From positions 1 to 59,137 of IMG/VR virus record IMGVR_UViG_3300023179_000118: a stretch of DNA of 59,137 nucleotides. The stretch is one strand, 5' to 3'. Of this stretch, positions 33,666 through 42,586 are shown in pieces. Numbering within the stretch: the first letter of the stretch is position 1; every line of letters begins with the position of its first letter. This DNA is from a virus. Its lineage: Duplodnaviria > Caudoviricetes. A program made the translations under genes and the position numbers. The notes beneath the pieces are model-generated. The model did not search any database. It worked only from the letters and a program-made list of their open reading frames with translations, and was not told the DNA's origin.

Positions 33666-34063
33666 GGTTTCCTCCAATATCCATAAACGCATCGTGTTCC
33701 ATCTCGGCTTGGGTCATAAGTATCGTGGATTACTCCGTCAATGACCGCGCAGATATGTTTGGAAAGTTTGACCACGATGGTGCCTGATGGCAACTCGCTC
33801 TGCTTCAAATGTGTTTGGCAGCCCGACCCAATCTTCATGGTCGGCTCCCAGATAAATCCGTAATGCTCTAAAAGCGCTTTGGTGGTTTTCTTGCTCAATC
33901 CCAAGCGGGCGCTCTCTTTGCTACCTGCCAACTGATTAGCAAGGTCGTAGACCTCTTTATACGGCTTGCCCGTAGCGATGGCTACGGCTCGGGTCACACA
34001 ATCCCCTGTGTCGCCCTTGAAGCCAGCCTCAGCCCGCCCACCATCGTTATATTGATAACTCAT
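33662..34063 (-). CDS. Possible papain-fold (Cys-His-Asp) peptidase-like protein
   Basis: GDCVTRAVA...HICAVIDG.IHD; start MSYQY after GAGGGGG. Confidence 0.5.
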   Translation of the reverse strand: MSYQYNDGGRAEAGFKGDTGDCVTRAVAIATGKPYKEVYDLANQLAGSKESARLGLSKKTTKALLEHYGFIWEPTMKIGSGCQTHLKQSELPSGTIVVKLSKHICAVIDGVIHDTYDPSRDGTRCVYGYWRKP

Positions 34064-34197
34064 GGGTTGACCCCCTCTCATCTCCGATTGTACCAAACCG
34101 CAGTTGTAAATGGTAATCGGACAATATGGACATGGCTTGTTGATTTGATTTCTAACCCCAGTTATGAGACAATAAAAGTGTCCGAGAGGAGGACACA
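34064..34197. promoter_or_regulatory. Divergent early promoters: minus (TACAAT, AACTGCGGTT) and plus (TTGATT-N17-GACAAT, AACCCCAGTT, SD hairpin)
   Basis: Read directly. Confidence 0.75.
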
Positions 34198-34368
34198 ATG
34201 GCTAAGAAAGTCTACAAAGTAGAAATTAAAGGCCAGAAGGCCATCTACTACTTTCCAACTAAATCAGAAGCCGAGGCTTACGCAATCACAATGACCGCGT
34301 GGAGTGGCGGGAAATACAGAATCACTGCGGTAATCGTCGGTGAACCAGTCCAAGAGGGGGCAAAATAA
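34198..34368 (+). CDS. 56-aa early protein MAKKVYKVEIK... (not in ORF track)
   Basis: GAGGAGG RBS; TAATG overlap with the next gene. Confidence 0.7.
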   Translation: MAKKVYKVEIKGQKAIYYFPTKSEAEAYAITMTAWSGGKYRITAVIVGEPVQEGAK

Positions 34369-34526
34369 TGAGCGCAAAGAAATTCACAATCGTATGTCCT
34401 CAATGTTCAAAGTTTCAAATATCAGTGAAGAGCATCAAGGGTGGACAACAAATTGAAATCTGCCAAGGATGCGGGTGGCCCGAGGAATTGGGATTCATCT
34501 CGGTAGAACAGAAGGTGGGCGCGTGA
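34368..34526 (+). CDS. 52-aa zinc-finger protein (CPQC...CQGC; not in ORF track)
   Basis: Two CxxC motifs; translational coupling. Confidence 0.65.
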   Translation: MSAKKFTIVCPQCSKFQISVKSIKGGQQIEICQGCGWPEELGFISVEQKVGA

Positions 34527-34714
34527 GAATTCCAGAAGGCGTAAAAGTCTCAAAGGGCTTATGGGGTACCAATTACTCCTATAAAGGCATACAGATTGCG
34601 CGAGGCGCTGGTAGATATTCCACGCGCTACGACTTCAAGATAGAAGGTAAAAGAATTATGGCCAGCACTTTAGCGGAGGCCGTGAGAGAAATAGAGAAAG
34701 AGGTGGGTGCGTAA
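34523..34714 (+). CDS. Small early protein
   Basis: GTGA overlap start; 3' part of ORF 34469..34714. Confidence 0.6.
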   Translation: MRIPEGVKVSKGLWGTNYSYKGIQIARGAGRYSTRYDFKIEGKRIMASTLAEAVREIEKEVGA

Positions 34715-35085
34715 TGACAACAATCACTAAGGTCACGCCAAAGGTCGGCGACATTCTTTACTCATCGTGGGGATACGACCAAACCAACATTGATTTTTAC
34801 GCGGTGAGGAAAGTATCAGATTCCTCAGTGTGGATTCAGAAAATCCAATCCAAGGTCGTTGCCATAACAGGGTGGGCGCATCAAGATGTTATGCCAGTGG
34901 ATTCATCGCAATATGAAGTGCGTGATTACGAGGCTGGCCCCGAGGTCTATGTCACCAAGACCTACCCCATCAAGCGGAAGAAAATCCAGCCATCGACCTT
35001 CTCGGGTTACGGCGTGAGCATCAACTCTTACGCCTCGGCCTTCTTATGGGATGGCAAGCCCTTGGGTCAAAGTCAAACTTGCTAA
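34714..35085 (+). CDS. Conserved phage hypothetical protein
   Basis: VGDIL.SSWGYDQTNIDFY motif. Confidence 0.7.
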   Translation: MTTITKVTPKVGDILYSSWGYDQTNIDFYAVRKVSDSSVWIQKIQSKVVAITGWAHQDVMPVDSSQYEVRDYEAGPEVYVTKTYPIKRKKIQPSTFSGYGVSINSYASAFLWDGKPLGQSQTC

Positions 35086-35134
35086 TTTAACCCCAGTAAT
35101 ATAAACTGGACTTGTTCTTAGAGAGGAGAACAAA
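35079..35134 (+). promoter_or_regulatory. Early-type promoter TTGCTA-N17-TAAACT with AACCCCAGT and SD hairpin
   Basis: Read directly. Confidence 0.75.
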
Positions 35135-35671
35135 ATGGGATGGGATGTCACTCAGGTCGGTAGCAATATCACTACCAAACAATTCATTCAACACGAATAC
35201 AGCAAGATTCCTGCGTATGAACTTCTCGCGGTAGGCGCGGGTAAGCGCGTACACGGCGAGGTGCCGTACTACTTAGCGCTAAAGAATCGTGAGACTGGGA
35301 TTGTCTCGGCTCTGGTTGTTTTGACCAAGCGACGCAACGGGCAGATTGCGTGTAAAGATATTGGTGAAGAGTGTGGCCCGTATGCCTACGATTGCCCAAA
35401 GAGCGTGTTCAAATTGCTCTCACCTACAACCAAAGAACTTGCGGTGGAGTGGAGAGAAAGGGTGAAGGCGCAACTTGTCGCTCCGAAATTAGAGGTAGGC
35501 GACACGATTAAATTCGAGAGACCGATTGAATTTATGAACGGTTACTCGGGCCAGGTGTTCACTTGGCTTGGCGGAAGTAAATTCAGCGCCCCCAACGGTG
35601 GTAAATACCGCATCGTGAACTGGCGTTCCTTTTCCAACGAAATTATCAAACCAGAAAAGGCGGTGGCGTAA
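35135..35671 (+). CDS. DUF6927-like protein
   Basis: MGW start; KD..E..GP..YDCP...L.P....A..WR. Confidence 0.65.
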   Translation: MGWDVTQVGSNITTKQFIQHEYSKIPAYELLAVGAGKRVHGEVPYYLALKNRETGIVSALVVLTKRRNGQIACKDIGEECGPYAYDCPKSVFKLLSPTTKELAVEWRERVKAQLVAPKLEVGDTIKFERPIEFMNGYSGQVFTWLGGSKFSAPNGGKYRIVNWRSFSNEIIKPEKAVA

Positions 35672-35994
35672 TGACAACAGAAAATCAAATACTCGCAGAT
35701 TCTTTCGCTGAGGATTGGTTGCTCGTGATGGAGAATGACCATGAATCATGGAGCCAACTGATTGACGATGTGAAGTCCTTAGATTGTGAAATCTTGGCTA
35801 CAACAACACGATTACGCGAGGAATGGGATGAATTAGTCGACCAGATGGCTGAAGCCGTCGAGGAGAAAGTCTCTGATGTGGGGGCTTTACTTCTCCGACA
35901 AATTCTTTCCACGGGTGATTATCCTTTTCAGATAATTGCTACTCATGTTATCAATTCGATAAAAGAGCAAGAGCGTCACTATGAAAACGCCTAA
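35671..35994 (+). CDS. Acidic helical hypothetical protein
   Basis: 107 aa; coupled. Confidence 0.6.
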   Translation: MTTENQILADSFAEDWLLVMENDHESWSQLIDDVKSLDCEILATTTRLREEWDELVDQMAEAVEEKVSDVGALLLRQILSTGDYPFQIIATHVINSIKEQERHYENA

Positions 35995-36145
35995 AAACTG
36001 GTATACCGTTCAGATTATTGCGGAGAAAACAGTTCGCGTTTACGCTGAGGATGAAGAGGATGCGAAAGAAAAGGCTGATGCGAAATATCAACCTTTATGG
36101 TCAGCCGAAAATGCTTGGCTAGAAAAGAGTAATAGTGGAAACTGA
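35981..36145 (+). CDS. 54-aa hypothetical protein (V.AEDEEDA.EKA; not in ORF track)
   Basis: Open frame overlapping the upstream stop. Confidence 0.5.
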   Translation: MKTPKNWYTVQIIAEKTVRVYAEDEEDAKEKADAKYQPLWSAENAWLEKSNSGN

Positions 36146-36261
36146 TTACAAACAACAGGTGCGTGATTTGATTTATCTGCGTGAATCACAAGGCGTACCA
36201 ATATGGGAGATAGCGGAAAAGATAGAAATAGTCATACGCGAGGCTATAAAAAATGAGGAAG

Positions 36262-36290
36262 TTGCGTAAATTCTTTCCTTAATATAAACT
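36262..36290 (+). promoter_or_regulatory. Promoter TTGCGT-N17-TAAACT for the deacetylase gene
   Basis: Spacing; GAGAGG RBS downstream. Confidence 0.6.
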
Positions 36291-36316
36291 CACGGATAAA
36301 TAGAGAGAGGTGCTAC

Positions 36317-37234
36317 ATGAAAGACGCTGTTTTAATCCATTCGCCACAATATGCGAATTGGGTCTTTTCCTCTACGCACCCGACTCAGGGGCGTAGATTT
36401 ATCAATGCCCGCAATCAATTCCTTGCGCTCGCCGATAAATTACATCTTGATATTGATGAGAAAGAGCCTCGTCTTGCCTCGTCAAATGAATTGGCGTTAG
36501 TCCATGACCCTACTTATATCTATAAAGTCTTGGTTCACGGCTCCTCGGGTGAATGGGGTGGAAGGCGCTCTGATTTAGGCGAGATTGCTCAACTCATGGC
36601 AGGTGGCACACTCACCGCTTTGGAATCTTTGCTCGACCAAGAATCTCTTCTGGCTATCAATTTTGCTGGAGCAAAACACCATGCGATGCGCGACCACTCT
36701 AGCGGATTCTGCGTCTTTGCGGATTTCTCTGTGGCAGCGACCATTGCTACCTCGCTCGGGCATCGTGTTGCGATATTCGATTGCGACGCACACCATGGCG
36801 ACGGAACTGAAGCCTTGCTCGAAGGTAACGATGATGTTCTCACCTATTCCGTACACCAATACGGAATCTTTCCCTTCACGGGTGGAGAATCTGATTCATT
36901 CCTCCACACCTACAACTATCCGTTAGCGTGGTGGTGCGGTGATAAAGATTTAGGTGATGCGACAACTGATTTCATTCGTAAGGCGTATGAATTTGAGCCG
37001 ACGATGATATTCATTGCTTGCGGTGCCGATGGTCTCAAAGATGACCCGCTATCTGACCTGTCCTATTCGGTCAATGGTTATTGGAAGGCCATGCGCTCAA
37101 TCCGTCAGGCGTTCCCAGACCTGCCCATTTTGCTTGGCGGGGCTGGAGGCTACCTGCCCGATTCTGGTACTCCCGAGGTCTGGGCCAATGCTGGAATCGC
37201 CTTATCTAGCGTATCTGCCCCAATAAACGCCTAA
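36317..37234 (+). CDS. Histone deacetylase / AcuC-family Zn-dependent deacetylase
   Basis: HHA, GFC, DCDAHHGDG, SVH, GAD...DPLS, GGY motifs. Confidence 0.92.
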   Translation: MKDAVLIHSPQYANWVFSSTHPTQGRRFINARNQFLALADKLHLDIDEKEPRLASSNELALVHDPTYIYKVLVHGSSGEWGGRRSDLGEIAQLMAGGTLTALESLLDQESLLAINFAGAKHHAMRDHSSGFCVFADFSVAATIATSLGHRVAIFDCDAHHGDGTEALLEGNDDVLTYSVHQYGIFPFTGGESDSFLHTYNYPLAWWCGDKDLGDATTDFIRKAYEFEPTMIFIACGADGLKDDPLSDLSYSVNGYWKAMRSIRQAFPDLPILLGGAGGYLPDSGTPEVWANAGIALSSVSAPINA

Positions 37235-37250
37235 ACCCTATACTCTGACA

Positions 37251-37844
37251 GTGACCACGATTGTTGGAATTCAGGGCAAAAACTGGTCTTTACTTGGGGC
37301 GGATTCTCGCATTACTGACGATTCAACTATCTACGCACTACCCAAGAACTTGTCAAAGATTATTGAGGTCAACGACAATCTTTGGGTTGCCGTAGCAGGT
37401 GATTTACGCGCCATCAATATCGTGCGCTCAAATCTTGCCTCCTCAACTAAATTGCTCTCAGTAAGAAAAGCCCCAAACAATCAAGATGGGGATGATTACT
37501 TTCTTGGGAACTACTTCATTCCCGAGATGCGGAAAATTTTTTCTCATCAAGGATATGAGAAAACAACAGAGGGGCTTTCCTCGGTTGATTCTGAATTCCT
37601 GATTAGTTACTATGGGCGAATCTATGCGGTAGGGGCAGATTACTCGTGGGTTCAAGATTCGCGGGGTCTTTACTCCATAGGTTCTGGTGGAGATATTGCT
37701 TTAGGGGCTTTATCTGCGTTAGCGTCAACTCCCATGATGAAGTCGGCAGCGAGGAAAATGGCAACGCGGGCCTTGGAGATTGCTTGCTCCTATAACGCGG
37801 ATTCTTCTCCGCCGTATGTTGTGAAGGTCTGGTCAGAAACATAA
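37251..37844 (+). CDS. Proteasome beta / HslV-like Ntn peptidase
   Basis: N-terminal TTIVG, ADSR, AG and IGSG...ALGAL motifs. Confidence 0.85.
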   Translation: MTTIVGIQGKNWSLLGADSRITDDSTIYALPKNLSKIIEVNDNLWVAVAGDLRAINIVRSNLASSTKLLSVRKAPNNQDGDDYFLGNYFIPEMRKIFSHQGYEKTTEGLSSVDSEFLISYYGRIYAVGADYSWVQDSRGLYSIGSGGDIALGALSALASTPMMKSAARKMATRALEIACSYNADSSPPYVVKVWSET

Positions 37845-38017
37845 GAGAGGAAACTATGGAAGAGAGAGACATAGATAAAAGATTCAAAGAGATTGTGGCT
37901 CCCATTGCGCCAACAAAACAAAGAAGGGAACCTGCGAAATTTCCTGAATTGCGTTATCTCTATGGCGTTACCGCATTGGGAACTTTTGTTATCGCCTTCT
38001 TTGTTGGATTGATTGAA

Positions 38018-38215
38018 TCAATCTTGAAGTAAAAAATTATCTGGGTCGTAGACCTTTAACGCTTGAAGGATGAGGGTTTGAGCATAAACCTTGGCGTGAT
38101 GCCCACAAAAATATAACTCGCCATGGAGAAAAGATGCTCCAACCTTGGCTCGGGCTGGACACTTATCGCAAAACTCATATTGGTCAAGCGGTGCGCGAAC
38201 CGTAGCCTCGGTCAT
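38018..38215 (-). CDS. Small zinc-binding protein
   Basis: CDKC...L.FCGHH. Confidence 0.65.
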   Translation of the reverse strand: MTEATVRAPLDQYEFCDKCPARAKVGASFLHGELYFCGHHAKVYAQTLILQALKVYDPDNFLLQD

Positions 38216-38358
38216 TTTTTAGGTTTTTTTTCCTGATTATATTTCTCGATATTGATACGCTCGCGTTCTCTACCATTCTTATCCAGGATAACAATGAAAC
38301 CATCGCGCATGATTGATTTATTGAAAGGGTGTTTCACCATTCGTTGCCCGCTTGACAT
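38212..38358 (-). CDS. Small basic hypothetical protein
   Basis: Start MSSGQR overlapping the upstream stop. Confidence 0.5.
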   Translation of the reverse strand: MSSGQRMVKHPFNKSIMRDGFIVILDKNGRERERINIEKYNQEKKPKK

Positions 38359-38774
38359 TATTTCTTCTCTTTCGTAATCGGCCCGCCAACAATCCACGCT
38401 CGGCAGGTTCTTCGGGAAGCGCATTTGAAGTCAAACGCCTCGCAATAGCCTAACTCACCCGCTGAGGTGACATCCCAGGCGTTCTCCTCGGTATCTCCTT
38501 GGGCTAATCCACCCTTGATACATTCGAGCATTGAGGGAGTCTGGATAAAGGCAGCGCAATTTCCACACCTTTGTTTCTTGGCTTCCGAAACTGAGACATC
38601 CCACTCATCGGCCATCTTCTGCCAATAGTCAGCGTTTGGCTCTGATGGGTTTAAGGGGCCGTAATCGGCTGTGTCGATGGCTTTCTTACGGTTGGAAAGG
38701 TTGACCCCCACATCCTGCGTCGCTCTAGGACAGGTGGCTTTGAGAAGAAGTGAGACGGCGTGTGTGAAGGTCAT
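38358..38774 (-). CDS. Cys-rich protein, possibly Fe-S or Zn binding
   Basis: RCGNCAAF...GYC..FDFKCAS.RTC..W; leaderless start. Confidence 0.7.
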   Translation of the reverse strand: MTFTHAVSLLLKATCPRATQDVGVNLSNRKKAIDTADYGPLNPSEPNADYWQKMADEWDVSVSEAKKQRCGNCAAFIQTPSMLECIKGGLAQGDTEENAWDVTSAGELGYCEAFDFKCASRRTCRAWIVGGPITKEKK

Positions 38775-38785
38775 GCCTAAGTGTA

Positions 38786-38801
38786 TCGAACAAATGTTCT
38801 A
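38786..38801. promoter_or_regulatory. LexA (SOS) box TCGAAC-AAAT-GTTCTA
   Basis: One mismatch to the actinobacterial/Gram-positive TCGAAC-N4-GTTCGA; abuts the -10 of 38358..38774. Confidence 0.6.
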
Positions 38802-38812
38802 ACAAAATAGAT

Positions 38813-38866
38813 TTGATTTCTAACCCCCGTATTGGTATCCTTGAATTGTCCTGAGAGGAGGACAAA
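38813..38866 (+). promoter_or_regulatory. Early-type promoter TTGATT-N17-TATCCT with AACCCCCGT and SD hairpin
   Basis: Read directly. Confidence 0.75.
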
Positions 38867-39421
38867 ATGGCTAAAAGAAGTGAACTACAAGCAGGTCAAG
38901 AATGGGCGTACTCGCGCACACGCGAACACAATTTCTTTCGCTTTCACGAGAAAGTCGTCATTCTTTCCACTGAGCCTTACGAGCAATCTCATTGGTCTTA
39001 TTCATCAGAACCAAGAAAGACATCAAAAGGTTCAGGTGTTTTGGTAAAACTCGGTAATCTTGAAACGGTTGTTCAACTAAGTACCTTATGGATGCCTTGG
39101 TTCGATTATGTTATTGATAAAGCCGAACACGATAAGCAATGGCAAGCCACCATGGAGGCCAATGCGATAGCCCGAGCAGAGGCAAGAAAATTTCAAAAAG
39201 AAATTTATCAACCCGCTCTCCGAGAACTCCAACAAGCGATGGAAGGCGCGGGGCTTGACGGCATATCGGCTTTCTACGACATGGAATCCTCTTTCAAATT
39301 GGAGACCATCCAATTCTTGACGGAGGCCATCAAGGAAAAGGTCGCTCGGGATAACTTTGAGGCTTATTTGGCTCAGGGTGCGCGGGAAGATGCTCGATGG
39401 GATGCGGAGAATTACGCATAA
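38867..39421 (+). CDS. Hypothetical early protein
   Basis: 184 aa; GAGGAGG RBS. Confidence 0.7.
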   Translation: MAKRSELQAGQEWAYSRTREHNFFRFHEKVVILSTEPYEQSHWSYSSEPRKTSKGSGVLVKLGNLETVVQLSTLWMPWFDYVIDKAEHDKQWQATMEANAIARAEARKFQKEIYQPALRELQQAMEGAGLDGISAFYDMESSFKLETIQFLTEAIKEKVARDNFEAYLAQGAREDARWDAENYA

Positions 39422-39467
39422 CCAACCCCAGTATGATAAACTCAGATTGTCTTAGAGAGGAGACACA
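39414..39467 (+). promoter_or_regulatory. Early-type promoter (-10 TAAACT) with AACCCCAGT and SD hairpin
   Basis: Read directly. Confidence 0.7.
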
Positions 39468-39806
39468 ATGACCAACCAATATCAGCAACGGGTCTTTGAT
39501 ACTAAAGAACTCGTAAATCAAATCGGCATGATGAATGTTCTTGCCATCTCAGGTGGTCGCGTTCATTCCATCGTCAATGATGCGGGCGAGACCGTCGAGG
39601 TTCAACTCCCCGTAGGTAAGGGTTATCGCGTAGCCATCACCCTTGATGCCTCCGATACCTATACGGTGCGACGCGAATATGTCCGAAAGGGTGTAGCAAC
39701 AATCAAGGGCGTTCAAACCGATGTCTACTATGACGAAATCGGCGAGGTCGCCTATGTCGCAAGTTGCTTTGTCAATCGTGAATTCGGAGAGAAGGTGGAT
39801 GCGTAA
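39468..39806 (+). CDS. Hypothetical early protein
   Basis: QIG...AISG, L...DTY.V, VY.D motifs. Confidence 0.7.
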   Translation: MTNQYQQRVFDTKELVNQIGMMNVLAISGGRVHSIVNDAGETVEVQLPVGKGYRVAITLDASDTYTVRREYVRKGVATIKGVQTDVYYDEIGEVAYVASCFVNREFGEKVDA

Positions 39807-40027
39807 TGGCTCAGAAAGCAATTAAGAAAATCGGCAACTATCGCCTATACCGCGTCGATGGATGGGCGCACTATGAGATTTACCTTGGCACTAAAGCCGA
39901 TGGAATCCATGTCGAGAATATCTCTGACCCAGATAACTTTCAATGGGCGATTGACACTATCGAGCGCAATATATCCAAAGAAATAGAGTACGAGTTTGGC
40001 TTAACAACTACGAGGGAGGCAATCTAA
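39806..40027 (+). CDS. Hypothetical early protein
   Basis: 73 aa; TAATG coupling. Confidence 0.6.
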   Translation: MAQKAIKKIGNYRLYRVDGWAHYEIYLGTKADGIHVENISDPDNFQWAIDTIERNISKEIEYEFGLTTTREAI

Positions 40028-40437
40028 TGGCAACACGCTCAATAATTGGAATTCAAAACGAAAACGGTTCCATCACCACAATTTACAATCACTGGGATGG
40101 CTACCCTTCTTTCGTTGGTTTACAACTCGCGCTCAATTACCGCGACCCCATCACCGTCAATACCTTGATGTTTTTTGGAGACCGCAGTAGTTTGAATGGG
40201 ATGCCTACGGTTCAAGATAGTTATGGCGAAACCCAGAACCGCAAAGTGGATGCGGTCACTTACGATTCCCTTGATGATTTATGGAATCGTCGAATCGCCA
40301 ATAGCGACATTGAATACTTCTATATCTTCCAAGATTCAGGATGGGTGGCATATAGGGTTGATAGCCTCGATGATGATTACACCGTACTCGGAAAGATTCA
40401 GCCAGCCGTGAAGTTTACGATGCCAGCCCTCCAGTAA
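40027..40437 (+). CDS. Conserved phage hypothetical protein
   Basis: MATRS.IG...IY.HWDGYP...G..L, EY.Y.F...W. Confidence 0.7.
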   Translation: MATRSIIGIQNENGSITTIYNHWDGYPSFVGLQLALNYRDPITVNTLMFFGDRSSLNGMPTVQDSYGETQNRKVDAVTYDSLDDLWNRRIANSDIEYFYIFQDSGWVAYRVDSLDDDYTVLGKIQPAVKFTMPALQ

Positions 40438-40441
40438 TAGA

Positions 40442-40487
40442 CTTACCCCGTAAATCGCTTCTTAGGTTTACGGGGTGAGGTATTTTT
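40442..40487 (+). terminator. Rho-independent terminator
   Basis: ACCCCGTAAA/TTTACGGGGT stem followed by TATTTTT. Confidence 0.8.
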
Positions 40488-40608
40488 GGAGAGAAATAAA
40501 CCCTATGCGGTTATTGCCTTGATGCTGTGGAATGAATATCAAGACGAATTACCCGATGCTCCTGGTCGAATGGCGCAAAAGATTATCGCTGCGCTGGAAG
40601 AAGAAGGT

Positions 40609-40998
40609 TTATATTTTTCTGAGGTGGGTGATGAGGTCGGTCAACGGCACAAGCGTTCCCCAAGAAAAGTTTGGTGGATTCTCATTCTTTGCTCGTCGAA
40701 ACTTCTCTTCCCACATCATATTTTTAAGAATGTCCGTCGGCACTACTAAGAAAGAATTTTTTAGAGTCCATACCCAATGGCTTGCCTTACTCACCAAGAT
40801 TCCTGACTCTTCCATCTGACCAGTTGCTCGATAGAAACAATGGGTTTCGACAAAGAGGTTTCCTGTTTCTTGCCATCTCTGGTCATTCTTTATCTCGAAT
40901 TCAACTGAAGGCGTGGTAAAAAGCGCATCAACAAGGCGCTCGCCGTCTCTACCTATTTCGTAGGTGACATCCCAACTAAGATTTCTCATAGATTCCAC
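40609..40998 (-). CDS. PD-(D/E)xK nuclease-like protein
   Basis: EIKND....TGN.FVE...SGI..SKA..W. Confidence 0.6.
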   Translation of the reverse strand: MESMRNLSWDVTYEIGRDGERLVDALFTTPSVEFEIKNDQRWQETGNLFVETHCFYRATGQMEESGILVSKASHWVWTLKNSFLVVPTDILKNMMWEEKFRRAKNENPPNFSWGTLVPLTDLITHLRKI

Positions 40999-42584
40999 TC
41001 GTTCGTCTGACCAAACGAAACTAAATTCAAATTAGGCACAACTACTTTGTTTTCATAGAGAGCAAGCAAAATAGCCTCGGCGCGGTCTGGTGAATGGACT
41101 CCCCGCTTCTTCATATCAGCCTTGGCTTCAATCTGTATTCGACCAGAGGAATCAGATTTATAGGTCGGGCTGGATAACTGTGCGAGAACCTGTCTGTCAA
41201 CCTCTAGGCGTACATCTTGTTGCCCGTCTTTTGGCTGTATCAGTGTGCGGGCGTTCCACCACATCTCGGCTCGTTGATTCTTAAATCGTGTTTGGTCTTT
41301 GGGTCTTTCTGCCACATTGACCCCAACAATATCCGCTTTCATTCCTCTCTCTTTCACCCATTTATCTAGTAAGGAGACAACTCCCCACCCCACGCCAATC
41401 GTATCGATTTTGACTCTCACTCGGTCAGGAAGATTTCTTTCCTTGTGGATAACTACGGCTTTATCAATTTCTTGAAGAATGACTCCTGCGACATCTACTG
41501 CGTTCGCATTGGATTTTCCAGAAGAGCGATGAACTATTTTGACTTTATATCCATCGGCGAGCGCAATAACGAATTCATCTCCACCGTCGGAGGCAATATC
41601 GACCCCTAAGCGAATTACCTGCGACTCAATCGGATTCTCATTACTCAGCGCTTCTTCTGCCCATGAGAACGGAATAACTTTTCCTGTGCTGGATTTTGGA
41701 AAGCGAGCATGAACACGAGCCTCGACGAAAGGGGCATCATCTCCGAATTCACTAATAACATCTTCCACCCACACTTTATCGACTAAGTGGGTAGCGACCT
41801 TATGCTCTTCGATGAAACTCGGGCAAGACTTACACCATCCCGTATCTTCTCCCGTAAAGTTTGGTGTCTCCCATACCGAAATGGGCAAAACATTGTAAAT
41901 CGGACTGGAGCAGATTCTTTCAAACCAAGTTTGTTCCTGGTCGGTGGGTGGGTTTCCCAAAACGAGAAGTCGCGTGTGTCCACCTGTCATCAGCGCTTCT
42001 AGGGCAGAGCCAATAGTGTCGGATAATCCGCCAGCCTCATCGACCACAATCAGTAAATGCGGGGCGTGGATGCCCTGTACGGCTGTTTCGTCATGGGCTG
42101 AAGGTGAGAACCCATAAGCAGCAACCGTTCCCTCCAGTTTCCACTGTGTCGTCAATATCTCGCCTGGAAGATTGTTGGCTGTATGAACTCGACGAATCTG
42201 CGACCACATAATGTTTCGTACCTGTCTATGGGTAGTGGCCGTGGTTATCGCAATCGCTGTTCCAGGGGGGTGAACGGAAATCCACCAAGCCACCGCTCGC
42301 GCTGCTAAATGAGATTTACCTGGGGCGTGACACGCGGGAACTACTGTTCGTTTGTTATGGATGACGGATTGAAGAATCTCTTTTTGTTTTGACCAAAGGG
42401 TTTCGCCAAGACCTTGTTCTACGAAACCTACGGGGTCATGCTCCCATCTCGCCCACGGGTTTTTAATTTCCGCATCCAGCATTTGAGCAAGAAGAATTTT
42501 CTCATCCTCTGTAAGAGAAACGAAAATTTTGCTTCGCTCTTCAGGTGTCGCATTGAGAACTCGGTCTACCAAGCGCTGTGTCAT
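40986..42584 (-). CDS. terL: Terminase large subunit
   Basis: ACHAPGKS (Walker A), VVDEA (Walker B), GNP, LGVDIA, SPDRAEA nuclease motifs. Confidence 0.95.
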   Translation of the reverse strand: MTQRLVDRVLNATPEERSKIFVSLTEDEKILLAQMLDAEIKNPWARWEHDPVGFVEQGLGETLWSKQKEILQSVIHNKRTVVPACHAPGKSHLAARAVAWWISVHPPGTAIAITTATTHRQVRNIMWSQIRRVHTANNLPGEILTTQWKLEGTVAAYGFSPSAHDETAVQGIHAPHLLIVVDEAGGLSDTIGSALEALMTGGHTRLLVLGNPPTDQEQTWFERICSSPIYNVLPISVWETPNFTGEDTGWCKSCPSFIEEHKVATHLVDKVWVEDVISEFGDDAPFVEARVHARFPKSSTGKVIPFSWAEEALSNENPIESQVIRLGVDIASDGGDEFVIALADGYKVKIVHRSSGKSNANAVDVAGVILQEIDKAVVIHKERNLPDRVRVKIDTIGVGWGVVSLLDKWVKERGMKADIVGVNVAERPKDQTRFKNQRAEMWWNARTLIQPKDGQQDVRLEVDRQVLAQLSSPTYKSDSSGRIQIEAKADMKKRGVHSPDRAEAILLALYENKVVVPNLNLVSFGQTNEWNL

Positions 42585-42586
42585 TG

